From: Nitrospinales bacterium | Lineage (GTDB): Bacteria > Nitrospinota > Nitrospinia > Nitrospinales > VA-1 | Assembly (NCBI GenBank): GCA_965223795.1 | Contig: CBDCXL010000002.1 | Location: 2,912,001 to 2,976,000, forward strand | Direction of reading: 5' to 3' | Length of the DNA: 64,000 bases | In this document: positions 9,769-19,305 of the stretch, one piece after another | How positions within the stretch are numbered: the first letter of the stretch is position 1 | Layout of the letters: the number at the start of each line of letters is the position of its first letter | Position numbers and translations under genes: made by a program | Notes under the pieces: generated by a model | What the model was told of the DNA's origin: nothing | The model's input: the letters and a program-made list of their open reading frames with translations, nothing else | Database searches by the model: none

Positions 9769-10230
9769 AACGGGGGGCGAACGTTCCTGAGGCAGGGATT
9801 GCGGTGCGTTGATGAAATGCGGACTGGTGTTGCGATCCTGTCCGGACGCCGAAGCCGGATCGGCGTGGGGCGGACCGTCCATCACGGCCGGGTGCTTGGT
9901 GAACTTCAGGGTGAATTCGGATTTGAGGCCGTCCTTGTCCAGTTCGACCTTGATGTGACCGGATTCGGGGCCGCCGCAATCGCAGTTCTGCGCGTGCCCG
10001 GAATGGGACTCCTCGGAATGCAGGGCGATGGCGTGCGCCAGCTGGTCGAGCTCCGGGCTGTGGATGCGGGCGTCGTGCCGGTGTGCTTCAACGTGTCCGC
10101 CGTGATCGTGCACCGACGGCGGATGGTAATGAATGAACGGGGAAAAGAAAAAACCGAACACCCACAGAAAGATGCATGAAAAGAAAACGAACGGTCTTGT
10201 TTTCAGTCTCTGGGCCATCGGTTCGCGCAC
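9757..10230 (-). CDS. His-rich leader protein with N-terminal hydrophobic segment and C-terminal RSPP (RAPP-like) motif
   Basis: FVFFSCIFLWVFGFFF, then HYHPPSVHDHGGHVEAHRHD and a CDC; ends QERSPPVSLV; first gene of the czc unit. Start codon uncertain. Confidence 0.7.
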   Translation of the reverse strand: MREPMAQRLKTRPFVFFSCIFLWVFGFFFSPFIHYHPPSVHDHGGHVEAHRHDARIHSPELDQLAHAIALHSEESHSGHAQNCDCGGPESGHIKVELDKDGLKSEFTLKFTKHPAVMDGPPHADPASASGQDRNTSPHFINAPQSLPQERSPPVSLV

Positions 10231-10508
10231 ATGGAATGAGGGTATTTAATTTATTAAAGCAAATTCAGCAAGTTGAGGCAAATGTTTTTTGCCGGACCTG
10301 AAAATGTCTGAAACGGGGAAGGGAAGGGGGCCCGCGGCTTAGGCGCAACCCGGAACATTGTTCATCTACAAGACTCTGTGGACGAACGGGCGGGATGCGT
10401 GGGGGATATTGAGGCAATCAAGGATCGGGCAGGGCCGCCCGGCGCCCGGTATTTACACTCAAGGGGGTGCGGAAAACGGAGGAAATCTCGTTTAAATCAG
10501 ACGCGTTT

Positions 10509-11507
10509 TCACTCTGCGATATTGAGTTTGTCGATGGTTTTTTTGACTTTGTGGGTGTTGACGAATGTGGCGATGTGGAATAAAGCGTCGCCTTTGTTGA
10601 CCAGAGGCAGCTGGGCCATGCCGATGATGATGCCCGCGTCTCTCGCCGGAACCGGCACCTCGTGCTTTCCGAACGGGTCGCGGATGAAGCCCAGTGTTTC
10701 TTTGGCTTCCACACGCGCTCCCAGGTGTTTGTCCGGTGTCAAAATCCCGGATCCGGGAGCGCGGACCCAGACGGTTTTTCTGGAAATGAACGCTTCTTTT
10801 CGTTTCCTCTGGGTTTTGGACGGCAGCATGCCGATGGTCTGCATCACCGACTTGATCCCGTTCACTCCCATGCGGATCACCTGTTCGTCATAACGCAACG
10901 CTTCGCCGCCTTCGTAAAGCAGGATCGGAATGTTTTTCTTGCGCGCCTCCGCGCGCAGCGAGCCGTCCCTGGAATTGGCGTTGATGATGACCGGAACGCC
11001 GAATTGAAACGCCAGCCGGCTGGTGTCCCGGTCGTCAACGCAGCCGCGAATCTGCGGCAAATTGCTTCGATGCAGGGCGCCGGTGTGCAGATCAATCCCG
11101 TGGGTGCATTTTTCCAGAATCTCTGTCGTGAACAGATGCGCCAGTTGCGCGGCCAGGGAACCTTTGCTGGAGCCGGGGAAGGAACGGTTGAGGTCGCGGC
11201 GGTCGGGCAGGTAACGCGACAGGTTGTTGAAGCCGAATATATTGACCACGGGAATGGTGATCAAGGTGCCGCACAACCTGTTGAGCGGTTTGTGCTTGAG
11301 CAGGCGGCGGATGATTTCGATGCCGTTGATTTCGTCTCCATGAATGGCGGATGAAATGAACAGGACGGGACCGGACTTTTTTCCGTGGATCACCTCAATC
11401 GGCAGATTGACTTCGGTGAAATCGTACAATTTGGAGACGGAAAGGCTAATCAACCGGCGTTCCCCGGGTTCTATCTTTTGACCTCCGATGGAAAACCCTT
11501 CCGGCAT
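10509..11507 (-). CDS. Succinylglutamate desuccinylase/aspartoacylase family (M14-like) peptidase
   Basis: IHGDEING, DLNRSFPG, IDLHTG and YEGGE motifs; directly after rimK. Confidence 0.9.
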   Translation of the reverse strand: MPEGFSIGGQKIEPGERRLISLSVSKLYDFTEVNLPIEVIHGKKSGPVLFISSAIHGDEINGIEIIRRLLKHKPLNRLCGTLITIPVVNIFGFNNLSRYLPDRRDLNRSFPGSSKGSLAAQLAHLFTTEILEKCTHGIDLHTGALHRSNLPQIRGCVDDRDTSRLAFQFGVPVIINANSRDGSLRAEARKKNIPILLYEGGEALRYDEQVIRMGVNGIKSVMQTIGMLPSKTQRKRKEAFISRKTVWVRAPGSGILTPDKHLGARVEAKETLGFIRDPFGKHEVPVPARDAGIIIGMAQLPLVNKGDALFHIATFVNTHKVKKTIDKLNIAE

Positions 11508-11510
11508 GCC

Positions 11511-12416
11511 TCAACCTTCCCCGCTGGTTCGAGTGTTGCCGGGGCGGGCGTCTTTTTCAATGAACTCGATGATTTTGCTGGCCACGTCCACGCCGGTGGT
11601 CTCTTCGATCCCTTGGAGGCCAGGCGAGGAATTGACTTCCATGAGCACCGGGCCGTGGTTCGATCGCAGCAGGTCGACGCCGGCCACGTTCAAGCCCATC
11701 GCCTTGGCGGACCGGACCGCGGTGCTGCGTTCCTCGGGCGTGATTTTGATGCTCTTCGCGCTTCCTCCGCGGTGCAGGTTGGAGCGGAATTCGCCTTCTT
11801 TCGCCTGCCGCATCATCGAAGCCACCACTTTTTCCCCCACCACGAAACAGCGGAGATCCGCGCCGCCGGCCTCTTTGATGAATTCCTGAACCATGAAATT
11901 GGCCTTCAGACTCTGAAACGCGCCGATCACGCTTTCCGCCGCCTTGTGGGTTTCCGCCAGCACAACGCCCTTGCCCTGCGTTCCTTCAAGCAGCTTCACA
12001 ACCAGCGGCGCCCCATTGCAAAGCTCGATCAGCTCATCCGTCCTTTGCGTCGAATGGGCGAACCCCGAAATGGGCAGCCCGATCCCTTTGCGGGACAGAA
12101 TCTGCAGGGAACGTAATTTGTCGCGTGAACGCGATATGGCCACCGATTCGTTCAGGGAATACGTGCCGCCCATTTCAAACTGGCGCACGACGGCGGTTCC
12201 GAAAAAAGTGATGGAAGCGCCGATGCGGGGGATGACGGCGTCCACATCGTTGAGCACCCGGTCCATATAATGGACGGTGGGTTTGTGAGAGGTGATGTTC
12301 ATGAAGCATTTGAGCGGATTGATGACCTCGACGTCGTGACCCCGGTTTTTAGCCGCTTCCACCAGCCGCTTCGTGGAGAAAAGTTTGGGACCGCGGGATA
12401 AAATAACGATATTCAT
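11511..12416 (-). CDS. rimK: RimK family alpha-L-glutamate ligase (ATP-grasp)
   Basis: [35 protein letters not shown] and EVNSSPGL motifs. Confidence 0.95.
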   Translation of the reverse strand: MNIVILSRGPKLFSTKRLVEAAKNRGHDVEVINPLKCFMNITSHKPTVHYMDRVLNDVDAVIPRIGASITFFGTAVVRQFEMGGTYSLNESVAISRSRDKLRSLQILSRKGIGLPISGFAHSTQRTDELIELCNGAPLVVKLLEGTQGKGVVLAETHKAAESVIGAFQSLKANFMVQEFIKEAGGADLRCFVVGEKVVASMMRQAKEGEFRSNLHRGGSAKSIKITPEERSTAVRSAKAMGLNVAGVDLLRSNHGPVLMEVNSSPGLQGIEETTGVDVASKIIEFIEKDARPGNTRTSGEG

Positions 12417-12898
12417 TTTTCAGTGGTCCTTTTTTTAGCTCTCTTGTTTTTTGACATGAGATAGGATTTCCCCGAATCGACGAGATAATTATTTCTGATG
12501 GCTTCCCTGCCAAGCAACAAGCGAAACCCCATCATGTCGCGGTTGACCAGGGTCAACTCGATGGTGTGCTCGATACCGCCGAGCTTGAGATTGGTTTCGA
12601 TGACCGGACGCAGACTGGATTCGCCATTTGAGCTTTTTACCGACCTGTGTTCTTTGATCCGCGCGGATGCCTTGATTTCCGGCGTGTTGCTCCTTTGTTT
12701 GGGGTGAATCAGAAACTGTAAAATTTTTGACTTGTTGTTCAGTTCGGATTTGGAAATGTGAAGGGAAGACGTGCGCGCGCCGGTATCGATCTTTGCCTTG
12801 ATCGATTTTATTCCCAGATCAGGAAAAGAGACCCATTCCCTCCAGCCGATAACGGGGAGGGATGCTTTGTCTTTCTGAGATCGTTTGCTTTTTTTCAA
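12413..12898 (-). CDS. RimK-associated retropepsin-like protease (often annotated 'ATP-dependent zinc protease')
   Basis: [20 protein letters not shown] and MGFRLLLGR motifs; overlaps the rimK start. Confidence 0.85.
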   Translation of the reverse strand: MKKSKRSQKDKASLPVIGWREWVSFPDLGIKSIKAKIDTGARTSSLHISKSELNNKSKILQFLIHPKQRSNTPEIKASARIKEHRSVKSSNGESSLRPVIETNLKLGGIEHTIELTLVNRDMMGFRLLLGREAIRNNYLVDSGKSYLMSKNKRAKKRTTEK

Positions 12899-13229
12899 GA
12901 TCGGGCAGGCCGGAGGAAGCCAGCCTGAAACGATTTAGGGTTTATAAATTTCATTCGGCCGATTTAAACCGGCGTTATTAACAGGGCATGGAGGAGCCGG
13001 ATTCAAGACGGAATCATTTTAGGAGAAAGGGAGAAAAATAACACAAAAATAGTGACGGTTTGTCATGGGGCTGCGATTTCTGCTTGTCCATTCTGACTAA
13101 CATAACAAAAGGTTGTACCTTTACGCGCAGGAAGTCATCCGGCCGTATTCCCCACAGGCTTATGGGATAAAATGGGGAGCACTTTCCTGAGTGTTATAAT
13201 CTGGATTTCGGAGAAAGCAAGGAGTTCTT

Positions 13230-13439
13230 ATGAGTTTCAGGCTGTCTCTCATGTTATCGTTGCTCATCATTGTGGTGGTTTTCACGATCCAGAATGTGGA
13301 GGTCGTCGCGATCCGGTTTCTATTCTGGGAACTGGCCATATCCCGTGCACTGATGATCATTCTGGTATTGACGGTGGGCATCTTGATCGGCTGGTTTTTA
13401 TCCAGCTTTTACAGAAGAAACCAGCGCAGGCGATTCTGA
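13230..13439 (+). CDS. LapA/DUF1049 family small membrane protein
   Basis: Two TM helices with FTIQNVEVVAIRFLFW; AAGGAG SD. Confidence 0.75.
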   Translation: MSFRLSLMLSLLIIVVVFTIQNVEVVAIRFLFWELAISRALMIILVLTVGILIGWFLSSFYRRNQRRRF

Positions 13440-13452
13440 AACTCTGAGCTGA

Positions 13453-15204
13453 ATGGATACTATATTAATGGGTCATTTGAAAAAGGTTATTTCGTGCTTT
13501 CTCGCGCTCCTGTTGCTGTTGATTTCGTTCAAGCCTCTGGTTTTTGCCCAGCAGGGAGGCATCTATTCCCAGATGGACGTGTTCCATCCCGTGGTGGGGC
13601 GCAACGGCATGGTGGCGAGCCAGGAAGCCAACGCGACCCGCATCGGGCTTCAGATCCTGGAAGACGGCGGCAATGCGATCGACGCGGCGGTGGCGGTGGC
13701 GTTCGCGCTGGCGGTGACGCTGCCGCGCGCGGGCAATATCGGCGGCGGCGGGTTCATGCTGGTGCACGAGGGCGAGACCGGAAAGACCGTGGCCATCGAC
13801 TACCGCGAGAAAGCGCCGCTTGAGGCTTCGTTCGACATGTACCTGGACGACGAAGGCGATGTGGATGAGGAACTGGCGCAGTCGAGCTTTCAATCGGTCG
13901 GCGTTCCCGGTTCGGTGGCCGGGATGGCGTATGTGCTGGAACGGTTCGGCACGCTGCCGCTCAAGACGGTGATCGCGCCCGCCATCAAGCTTGCGGAAGG
14001 CGGCATCCTGGTCAACAAGGATCATGTGTTCACGTTGTCGAAGGGCAAGGAACGCATGCAGCGCTGGCCGGAAACCAAAAAGATCTATTACAAGCCGGAC
14101 GGGTCGGTGTATCAAGTGGGCGAGCGCATGTTCTTCAAGGACCTGGGCTGGTCCTTGCGTCAGATCGCGGAAAACGGACCGCGCTCGTTTTACGAGGGAG
14201 CGATCGCCGAAAAAATCCTCGCCGCCATGAACAGGCACGGCGGGCTGATCACGCGGGAAGACATGGAAAACTATCGCGTGGCGGTGCGCGAGCCGGTGAA
14301 GGGAACGTACCGCGGTTATGAGGTTATCGGCATGCCGCCGCCCAGTTCGGGGGGCGTGCACATCGTCCAGATGCTCAACATTCTGGAACCCTATTCTCTC
14401 CGGGAAATGGGCCCCAACAGCGCGCAGGCTCTGCACCTGATGGCGGAGTCCATGAAGCTGGCGTTCGCCGACCGCAGCAAGTATCTGGGCGATCCCGACT
14501 GGTGGCACATCCCCATCCGCGGGCTCACGTCGAAAAACTACGCGCAACGGCTGCGGGGACGGATTCATCCCGAAAAGGCCCTGGCTTCCAAAGAAATCCG
14601 TCCGGAATCTCCGAGCCCCTACGAAAGCAATGAGACGACCCATTTTTCCATCATGGACCGGTTCGGCAACGTGGTGAGCAACACCACCACGCTCAATTTC
14701 AGCTTCGGATCGGCGCTGGTGCCTGAGGGGACGGGCATTTTATTGAACAACGAGATGGACAATTTCGCGGCCAAGCCGGGTGTTCCCAATGCGTACGGGC
14801 TGCTGGGCGGGCAGGCGAACGCGATCCAGCCGACCAAACGCCCGCTGAGTTCGATGGCGCCGATGATCGTGTTGAAGAACGGCAAGCCGTTTCTCGCCAC
14901 GGGAAGTCCAGGCGGGCCGCGCCTGATCAACGCCATCCTGCAGGTGATCATCAACGTGATCGATCACGAAATGAACATCGCCGAAGCGACGAACGCGCCC
15001 CGGATCCATCACCAGTGGCGTCCGGACAAGCTCAGGGTGGAGCGGGGGCTGAGCCCGGACACGATGCGCCTGCTGGGTGAAATGGGGCACAAGGTCAGGC
15101 TGGATAAATCCATGGGTTCGACCCAATCGGTGCTTCGGCGCGGCGGCGGGTTTTACGGGGCTTCCGACCCCAGGCGGCCGGGAGCGCTGACCCTGGGCTA
15201 TTAG
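13453..15204 (+). CDS. ggt: Gamma-glutamyltransferase, exported
   Basis: Signal peptide, GGNAIDAAVA, ETTHFS (Thr nucleophile), PLSSMAP and GSPGG motifs. Confidence 0.95.
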   Translation: MDTILMGHLKKVISCFLALLLLLISFKPLVFAQQGGIYSQMDVFHPVVGRNGMVASQEANATRIGLQILEDGGNAIDAAVAVAFALAVTLPRAGNIGGGGFMLVHEGETGKTVAIDYREKAPLEASFDMYLDDEGDVDEELAQSSFQSVGVPGSVAGMAYVLERFGTLPLKTVIAPAIKLAEGGILVNKDHVFTLSKGKERMQRWPETKKIYYKPDGSVYQVGERMFFKDLGWSLRQIAENGPRSFYEGAIAEKILAAMNRHGGLITREDMENYRVAVREPVKGTYRGYEVIGMPPPSSGGVHIVQMLNILEPYSLREMGPNSAQALHLMAESMKLAFADRSKYLGDPDWWHIPIRGLTSKNYAQRLRGRIHPEKALASKEIRPESPSPYESNETTHFSIMDRFGNVVSNTTTLNFSFGSALVPEGTGILLNNEMDNFAAKPGVPNAYGLLGGQANAIQPTKRPLSSMAPMIVLKNGKPFLATGSPGGPRLINAILQVIINVIDHEMNIAEATNAPRIHHQWRPDKLRVERGLSPDTMRLLGEMGHKVRLDKSMGSTQSVLRRGGGFYGASDPRRPGALTLGY

Positions 15205-15352
15205 GAAAGGCGGTGCCGCTTTGCGGCGGCTCCCAATACGCCCGGCAATATGCTAGAATTTTTTTCAACCGGGTTTCCGCTCCACAATCGGGCTGCTGTC
15301 CCCGGTTGCATTCGTGACAATGAAATTATCAGATCATACATCCAGGTGATTT

Positions 15353-17545
15353 ATGAAAGTAGCGGTCATTTACAATAAGAAAGAAGACGCGGAAGGCGTC
15401 ATCAATGTATTCGGGATGCAGAACCAGGAAACCTACAACCCCAAGACCGTGGAGCGGGTGGCGTCCGCCCTGGAGCAGGGCGGCCACAATGTGCGCGTCA
15501 TCGACGGCAACATCAATGTGATCGAGCAGCTCACCGCTTTCATGCCGCGCGTCATCCAGGGGGAAACCCCCGGCATGGTGTTCAACATGGCCTACGGCAT
15601 TCAGGGGGTCAGCCGGTACACCCATATTCCTTCGCTGCTTGAGATGCTGGGCGTTCCCTATGTGGGCTCCAGCCCGGCCGGACACGGAATTGCGCTGGAC
15701 AAGGTGACCACCAAAGTCATGGTGGAGGCGGCGGGGCTTCCCACCGCACCCTATTGGGTGTTTTACAACGCCGACCAGATTCCGGACGATCTGCCGTTTC
15801 CGCTCATCACCAAACCGAAAATGGAAGCGGTGTCGCTGGGAATCCAGATCATCCACGATCTGCCGACGCTCAAGAAGGCCATCACCGATCTGGTGGAGCA
15901 GTTCAAGCAGCCGATCCTGGTGGAGCAGTTCATTCCGGGGCGGGAGTTCGCCATTGGTCTGCTGGGTAATAACGATCCGGAGATTCTGCCCATCCTGGAG
16001 ATCGACCTGGGCGGCGACCCGTTCGCCATTCAGAGCCTGGAAGACAAATTGAAACGGCCGAAAGAGAAAATCTGCCCGGCCAGGGTCAGCGACGAACTCA
16101 AGCAGGAACTGGGCCGGCTCACGCGGGAAACGTTCCGCGTGCTCGGCATTTACGATTTCTGCCGCGTGGATTTCAGGATGGACAAGGACGACAATCTTTA
16201 TATCCTGGAACTCAATTCGATGGCGAGCCTGGGTGTCACGGGTTCCTACGTGCATGCGGCCAAGGTGGGCGGCTACTCCTACGAGTCGATGATCAACCGC
16301 ATGCTGGATGTGGCGGTGGAACGGTATTTCGGCGGGCAGCAGATCGATCAGGTGGCGGTCGGGCAGACGGAAGACAAAACGAAAAAAGATCCCCTGAAGG
16401 TGCGGCTGCGCAGTTATCTGCGCGGCAACCAGGCGACGATCGAGGACTTTCTTTCCAGCATGGTCGATATCAATTCGTTCGTGGAGAACATCGACGGGGT
16501 CAATTCCCTCGGCCGCTGGATCGCCAACAAGCTGGCTCCGCTGCAGTTCAACCGGCAGGTGCAGACCCGCGCGGAAGTGGGGAACATCCTCTATTTTTCA
16601 AACCACATGGATGAAAACAATGATATCCTGATCATCGGAAATCTGGATAACTCGGTGGACTACGAAGATTTCTTTCCTTTTCAAGTCGAGCGCGGCCGCA
16701 TCTACGGAACCGGCGTGTCCCTCGGCAAAGGCGGCCTGGCCGTGATGCTCGCGGCGCTCCAGGCTTTGCGCCACACCCGCTCTCTGAAAAAAATCAAATG
16801 CGGCATTCTGCTGATCAGCGACGAATGCAAGGGAGGGCGTTCTTCGAAGTCCCTGGTCGTGGAATATTCCAATAAATCCAAATACGTGGTCGGGCTCAGC
16901 GGCGCGGGGCTGGCGGGGGAGGTGATGACCTCCTGCTATGGCACCATGCTTTATGAGGTGGAGATCCAGCGCCGGCAGATTCAGAACAAAGCTCGGTTCA
17001 CCCTGGAGTCGGGCGATCCCATTCTGTATGCGGCGCAAAAGATCAACGGCCTCAAGAAAATGCATTCCGAAGAGCAGGGGGTGTTTGTCTCGGTCACCGA
17101 AGTGCAGAGCAAGGGCATCAAAAACCATCCTTCCCACCATGTGACCCTGGCGTTTTTGATCCGCTACCGCAATCCCGACGATCAGAAGAAACTGGAGACC
17201 CAGGTGCTGAAGCTGTTTGAAGCCGGAAACCAGACGCCCATCCGGACGCACGTCAGCAAGCCGCAGCACCGCAAACCGTTCCAGGAAAACGACAATTCCC
17301 TGGCATTTTTTGAAAAAGTGGAAAAAACCGCGCAGTCCATCGAAGTGCGGGTGAAAAAAACGCAGGATGGCACGTCCACCATGCTGGCCCACGTTCCCAG
17401 GGGTGTTCCCGCGATCGACGGATTCGGTCCCGTCACCGGGGGGGTGGGGACGCAGAATGAGTTTGTCGTCCGCGACAGCCTGATCGACCGAAGTGTGCTT
17501 TTGTCTTACCTGATTTTCAAGACCTCCAAGGATTTTCAGTCCTGA
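15353..17545 (+). CDS. D-Ala-D-Ala-ligase-like ATP-grasp fused to an M20 peptidase-like domain
   Basis: N-half has LDKVTTK, VEQFIPGRE, RVDFR and LELNS. C-half follows the M20 layout (IGNLD, GKGG, IDGFGP). Confidence 0.8.
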   Translation: MKVAVIYNKKEDAEGVINVFGMQNQETYNPKTVERVASALEQGGHNVRVIDGNINVIEQLTAFMPRVIQGETPGMVFNMAYGIQGVSRYTHIPSLLEMLGVPYVGSSPAGHGIALDKVTTKVMVEAAGLPTAPYWVFYNADQIPDDLPFPLITKPKMEAVSLGIQIIHDLPTLKKAITDLVEQFKQPILVEQFIPGREFAIGLLGNNDPEILPILEIDLGGDPFAIQSLEDKLKRPKEKICPARVSDELKQELGRLTRETFRVLGIYDFCRVDFRMDKDDNLYILELNSMASLGVTGSYVHAAKVGGYSYESMINRMLDVAVERYFGGQQIDQVAVGQTEDKTKKDPLKVRLRSYLRGNQATIEDFLSSMVDINSFVENIDGVNSLGRWIANKLAPLQFNRQVQTRAEVGNILYFSNHMDENNDILIIGNLDNSVDYEDFFPFQVERGRIYGTGVSLGKGGLAVMLAALQALRHTRSLKKIKCGILLISDECKGGRSSKSLVVEYSNKSKYVVGLSGAGLAGEVMTSCYGTMLYEVEIQRRQIQNKARFTLESGDPILYAAQKINGLKKMHSEEQGVFVSVTEVQSKGIKNHPSHHVTLAFLIRYRNPDDQKKLETQVLKLFEAGNQTPIRTHVSKPQHRKPFQENDNSLAFFEKVEKTAQSIEVRVKKTQDGTSTMLAHVPRGVPAIDGFGPVTGGVGTQNEFVVRDSLIDRSVLLSYLIFKTSKDFQS

Positions 17546-17645
17546 TCCCGAAAGGGAACCGGGCTGCTTCATCTTTCCATTTCGAGTCTCTTCTGTATCT
17601 TCCCGGCACTTGAATGGGAGTCCCTGTTGAACTCGGTGCATTCTC

Positions 17646-18464
17646 ATGAATGATCTCGCAAACGGCCTGAAAGCACTTCCCCAGATTCTGTCCGAGTGGG
17701 TGGATCGCGTCGTCGAATTTTCACCCAATCTCATCGGCGCTGCACTGCTGCTGATATTTGGCTGGCTGGTGGCGATCGGCTTCAAGCGGCTGAGCGTCCG
17801 GATGGCCACCATCGTCAACAAGTTTCTGATCCGCGCTTTCCCGAAAGCCGGGTTCCGCTTTCCGCAGGTGTTCATCAAGCTGCTGAGTCAGGTGGTTTTC
17901 TGGATCACGCTGCTGTTTTTCGTGACCGCGGCCTCGCAGATTTTCGGCCTCACGGCGTTTTCCACCTGGCTGGACCACCTGGTCGATTTTTTCCCGTCGC
18001 TGGTCGCGGGGGCGTTGATCATCGTCGTCGGCATCCTGCTCAGCACGCTAGCGCGCGATCTTACCATTTCTGCCAGCACCGCCGCCGATCTGGGCTATTC
18101 CCGCATCCTCGGCGGGTTGATCCAGGGGACCATCCTGATCATCGCTGCGATCATGGGACTCGATCAGATCGGCGTCGAGGTGGAGTTTCTGGTGACGCTG
18201 CTCGCCATCCTGGTGGCGGCGGCCGTGGGCAGCCTGGCCCTGGGACTGGGCCTGGGGACGCAGGATCTGGTCAACAACCTGATCGGCGGGCATTACCTCA
18301 AGCAGTACTACCAGCCGGGGCAGCGGGTGCGGCTGGGGGATATCGAAGGCACCATCCTGGAGCTGACTCCGGTGGCGGTCGTGTTGTCCACGGACACCGG
18401 CCGGGTGCTGGTGCCGGCCAAAGTGTTTCAATCGCAATCTTCGATCCTCATCGTCGAGAACTGA
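17646..18464 (+). CDS. Small MscS-family mechanosensitive channel protein
   Basis: PNLIGAALLLIFGW TM repeats, GLGLGTQDLVNNLIGG and a C-terminal beta domain. Confidence 0.8.
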   Translation: MNDLANGLKALPQILSEWVDRVVEFSPNLIGAALLLIFGWLVAIGFKRLSVRMATIVNKFLIRAFPKAGFRFPQVFIKLLSQVVFWITLLFFVTAASQIFGLTAFSTWLDHLVDFFPSLVAGALIIVVGILLSTLARDLTISASTAADLGYSRILGGLIQGTILIIAAIMGLDQIGVEVEFLVTLLAILVAAAVGSLALGLGLGTQDLVNNLIGGHYLKQYYQPGQRVRLGDIEGTILELTPVAVVLSTDTGRVLVPAKVFQSQSSILIVEN

Positions 18465-18468
18465 CCGG

Positions 18469-19305
18469 ATGGAAATATCGCTGGAGTTCACGCTCGGATA
18501 CGTCACAGCGCATACGGGAGAAGCCGCGAAGGTGCTGCAGGGGTTGCCGGTAGAGCAAACCTCGGCGCTGCTGGAGGAAATTCCTGCAGACACCGGCGCC
18601 CGGCTGCTGGAAAAGATGTCTCCCGCGTACGCGGCCCAGTGCCTCATGGTCGCGAGAACGGAAACCATGATGGAGCTGCTGCAAAAGATCCGCATCGTGT
18701 CCGGGGTGGCGCTGTTGCGTCTGTTTCCTTACGCTCTGGTGCCGCCGCTGATCAAAAGCCTGCCCGCCGAACGCAAGTCGGCTTTCAAAAAAAGACTCAG
18801 CTATCCGCAGGATTCGGCAGGCGCCTGGATGGATTCGGACTGCCCGACGCTGCAGGAAGGCGGGACCGTCGGCGCGGCGCGCAGTTCGCTCAGAAACTCG
18901 GGCAAGCCGATCGATCATTCTCTGTGCGTGCTGAAGGCGGACGGGACCGTCGCCGGGCTGCTGCGGTTGTCGAAGCTGGTGGTGGCGAGGAACAAGACCG
19001 ACCTGGCAAGAATCCTCACGGTCGACCTGAAACCGGTTATGGATCAGGCTTCGCTGCAGACCATCGCGTCGTATCTGAACTGGGAGAATTTCGACGCGCT
19101 CGCGGTCACCAACCGCAAAGGCAGCTATCTGGGGATCCTGTCCCGCACCAACCTGGAAAAGGGGCTCGAATTCATTCAGGAGAACTACACGCCGGTCAAC
19201 ACCGATTCCATCGTCCTGGACGTGGTCAAAACCTATGCGACCACGCTTTCCGGACTGGTTCAAACCATCGCGGGCAAATCCCGCCAGGGCACGCCGAATG
19301 ATTAA
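18469..19305 (+). CDS. MgtE N-domain/CBS-pair protein without TM domain
   Basis: Helical N-domain, YPQDSAGAWMD linker and a CBS pair. Confidence 0.75.
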   Translation: MEISLEFTLGYVTAHTGEAAKVLQGLPVEQTSALLEEIPADTGARLLEKMSPAYAAQCLMVARTETMMELLQKIRIVSGVALLRLFPYALVPPLIKSLPAERKSAFKKRLSYPQDSAGAWMDSDCPTLQEGGTVGAARSSLRNSGKPIDHSLCVLKADGTVAGLLRLSKLVVARNKTDLARILTVDLKPVMDQASLQTIASYLNWENFDALAVTNRKGSYLGILSRTNLEKGLEFIQENYTPVNTDSIVLDVVKTYATTLSGLVQTIAGKSRQGTPND

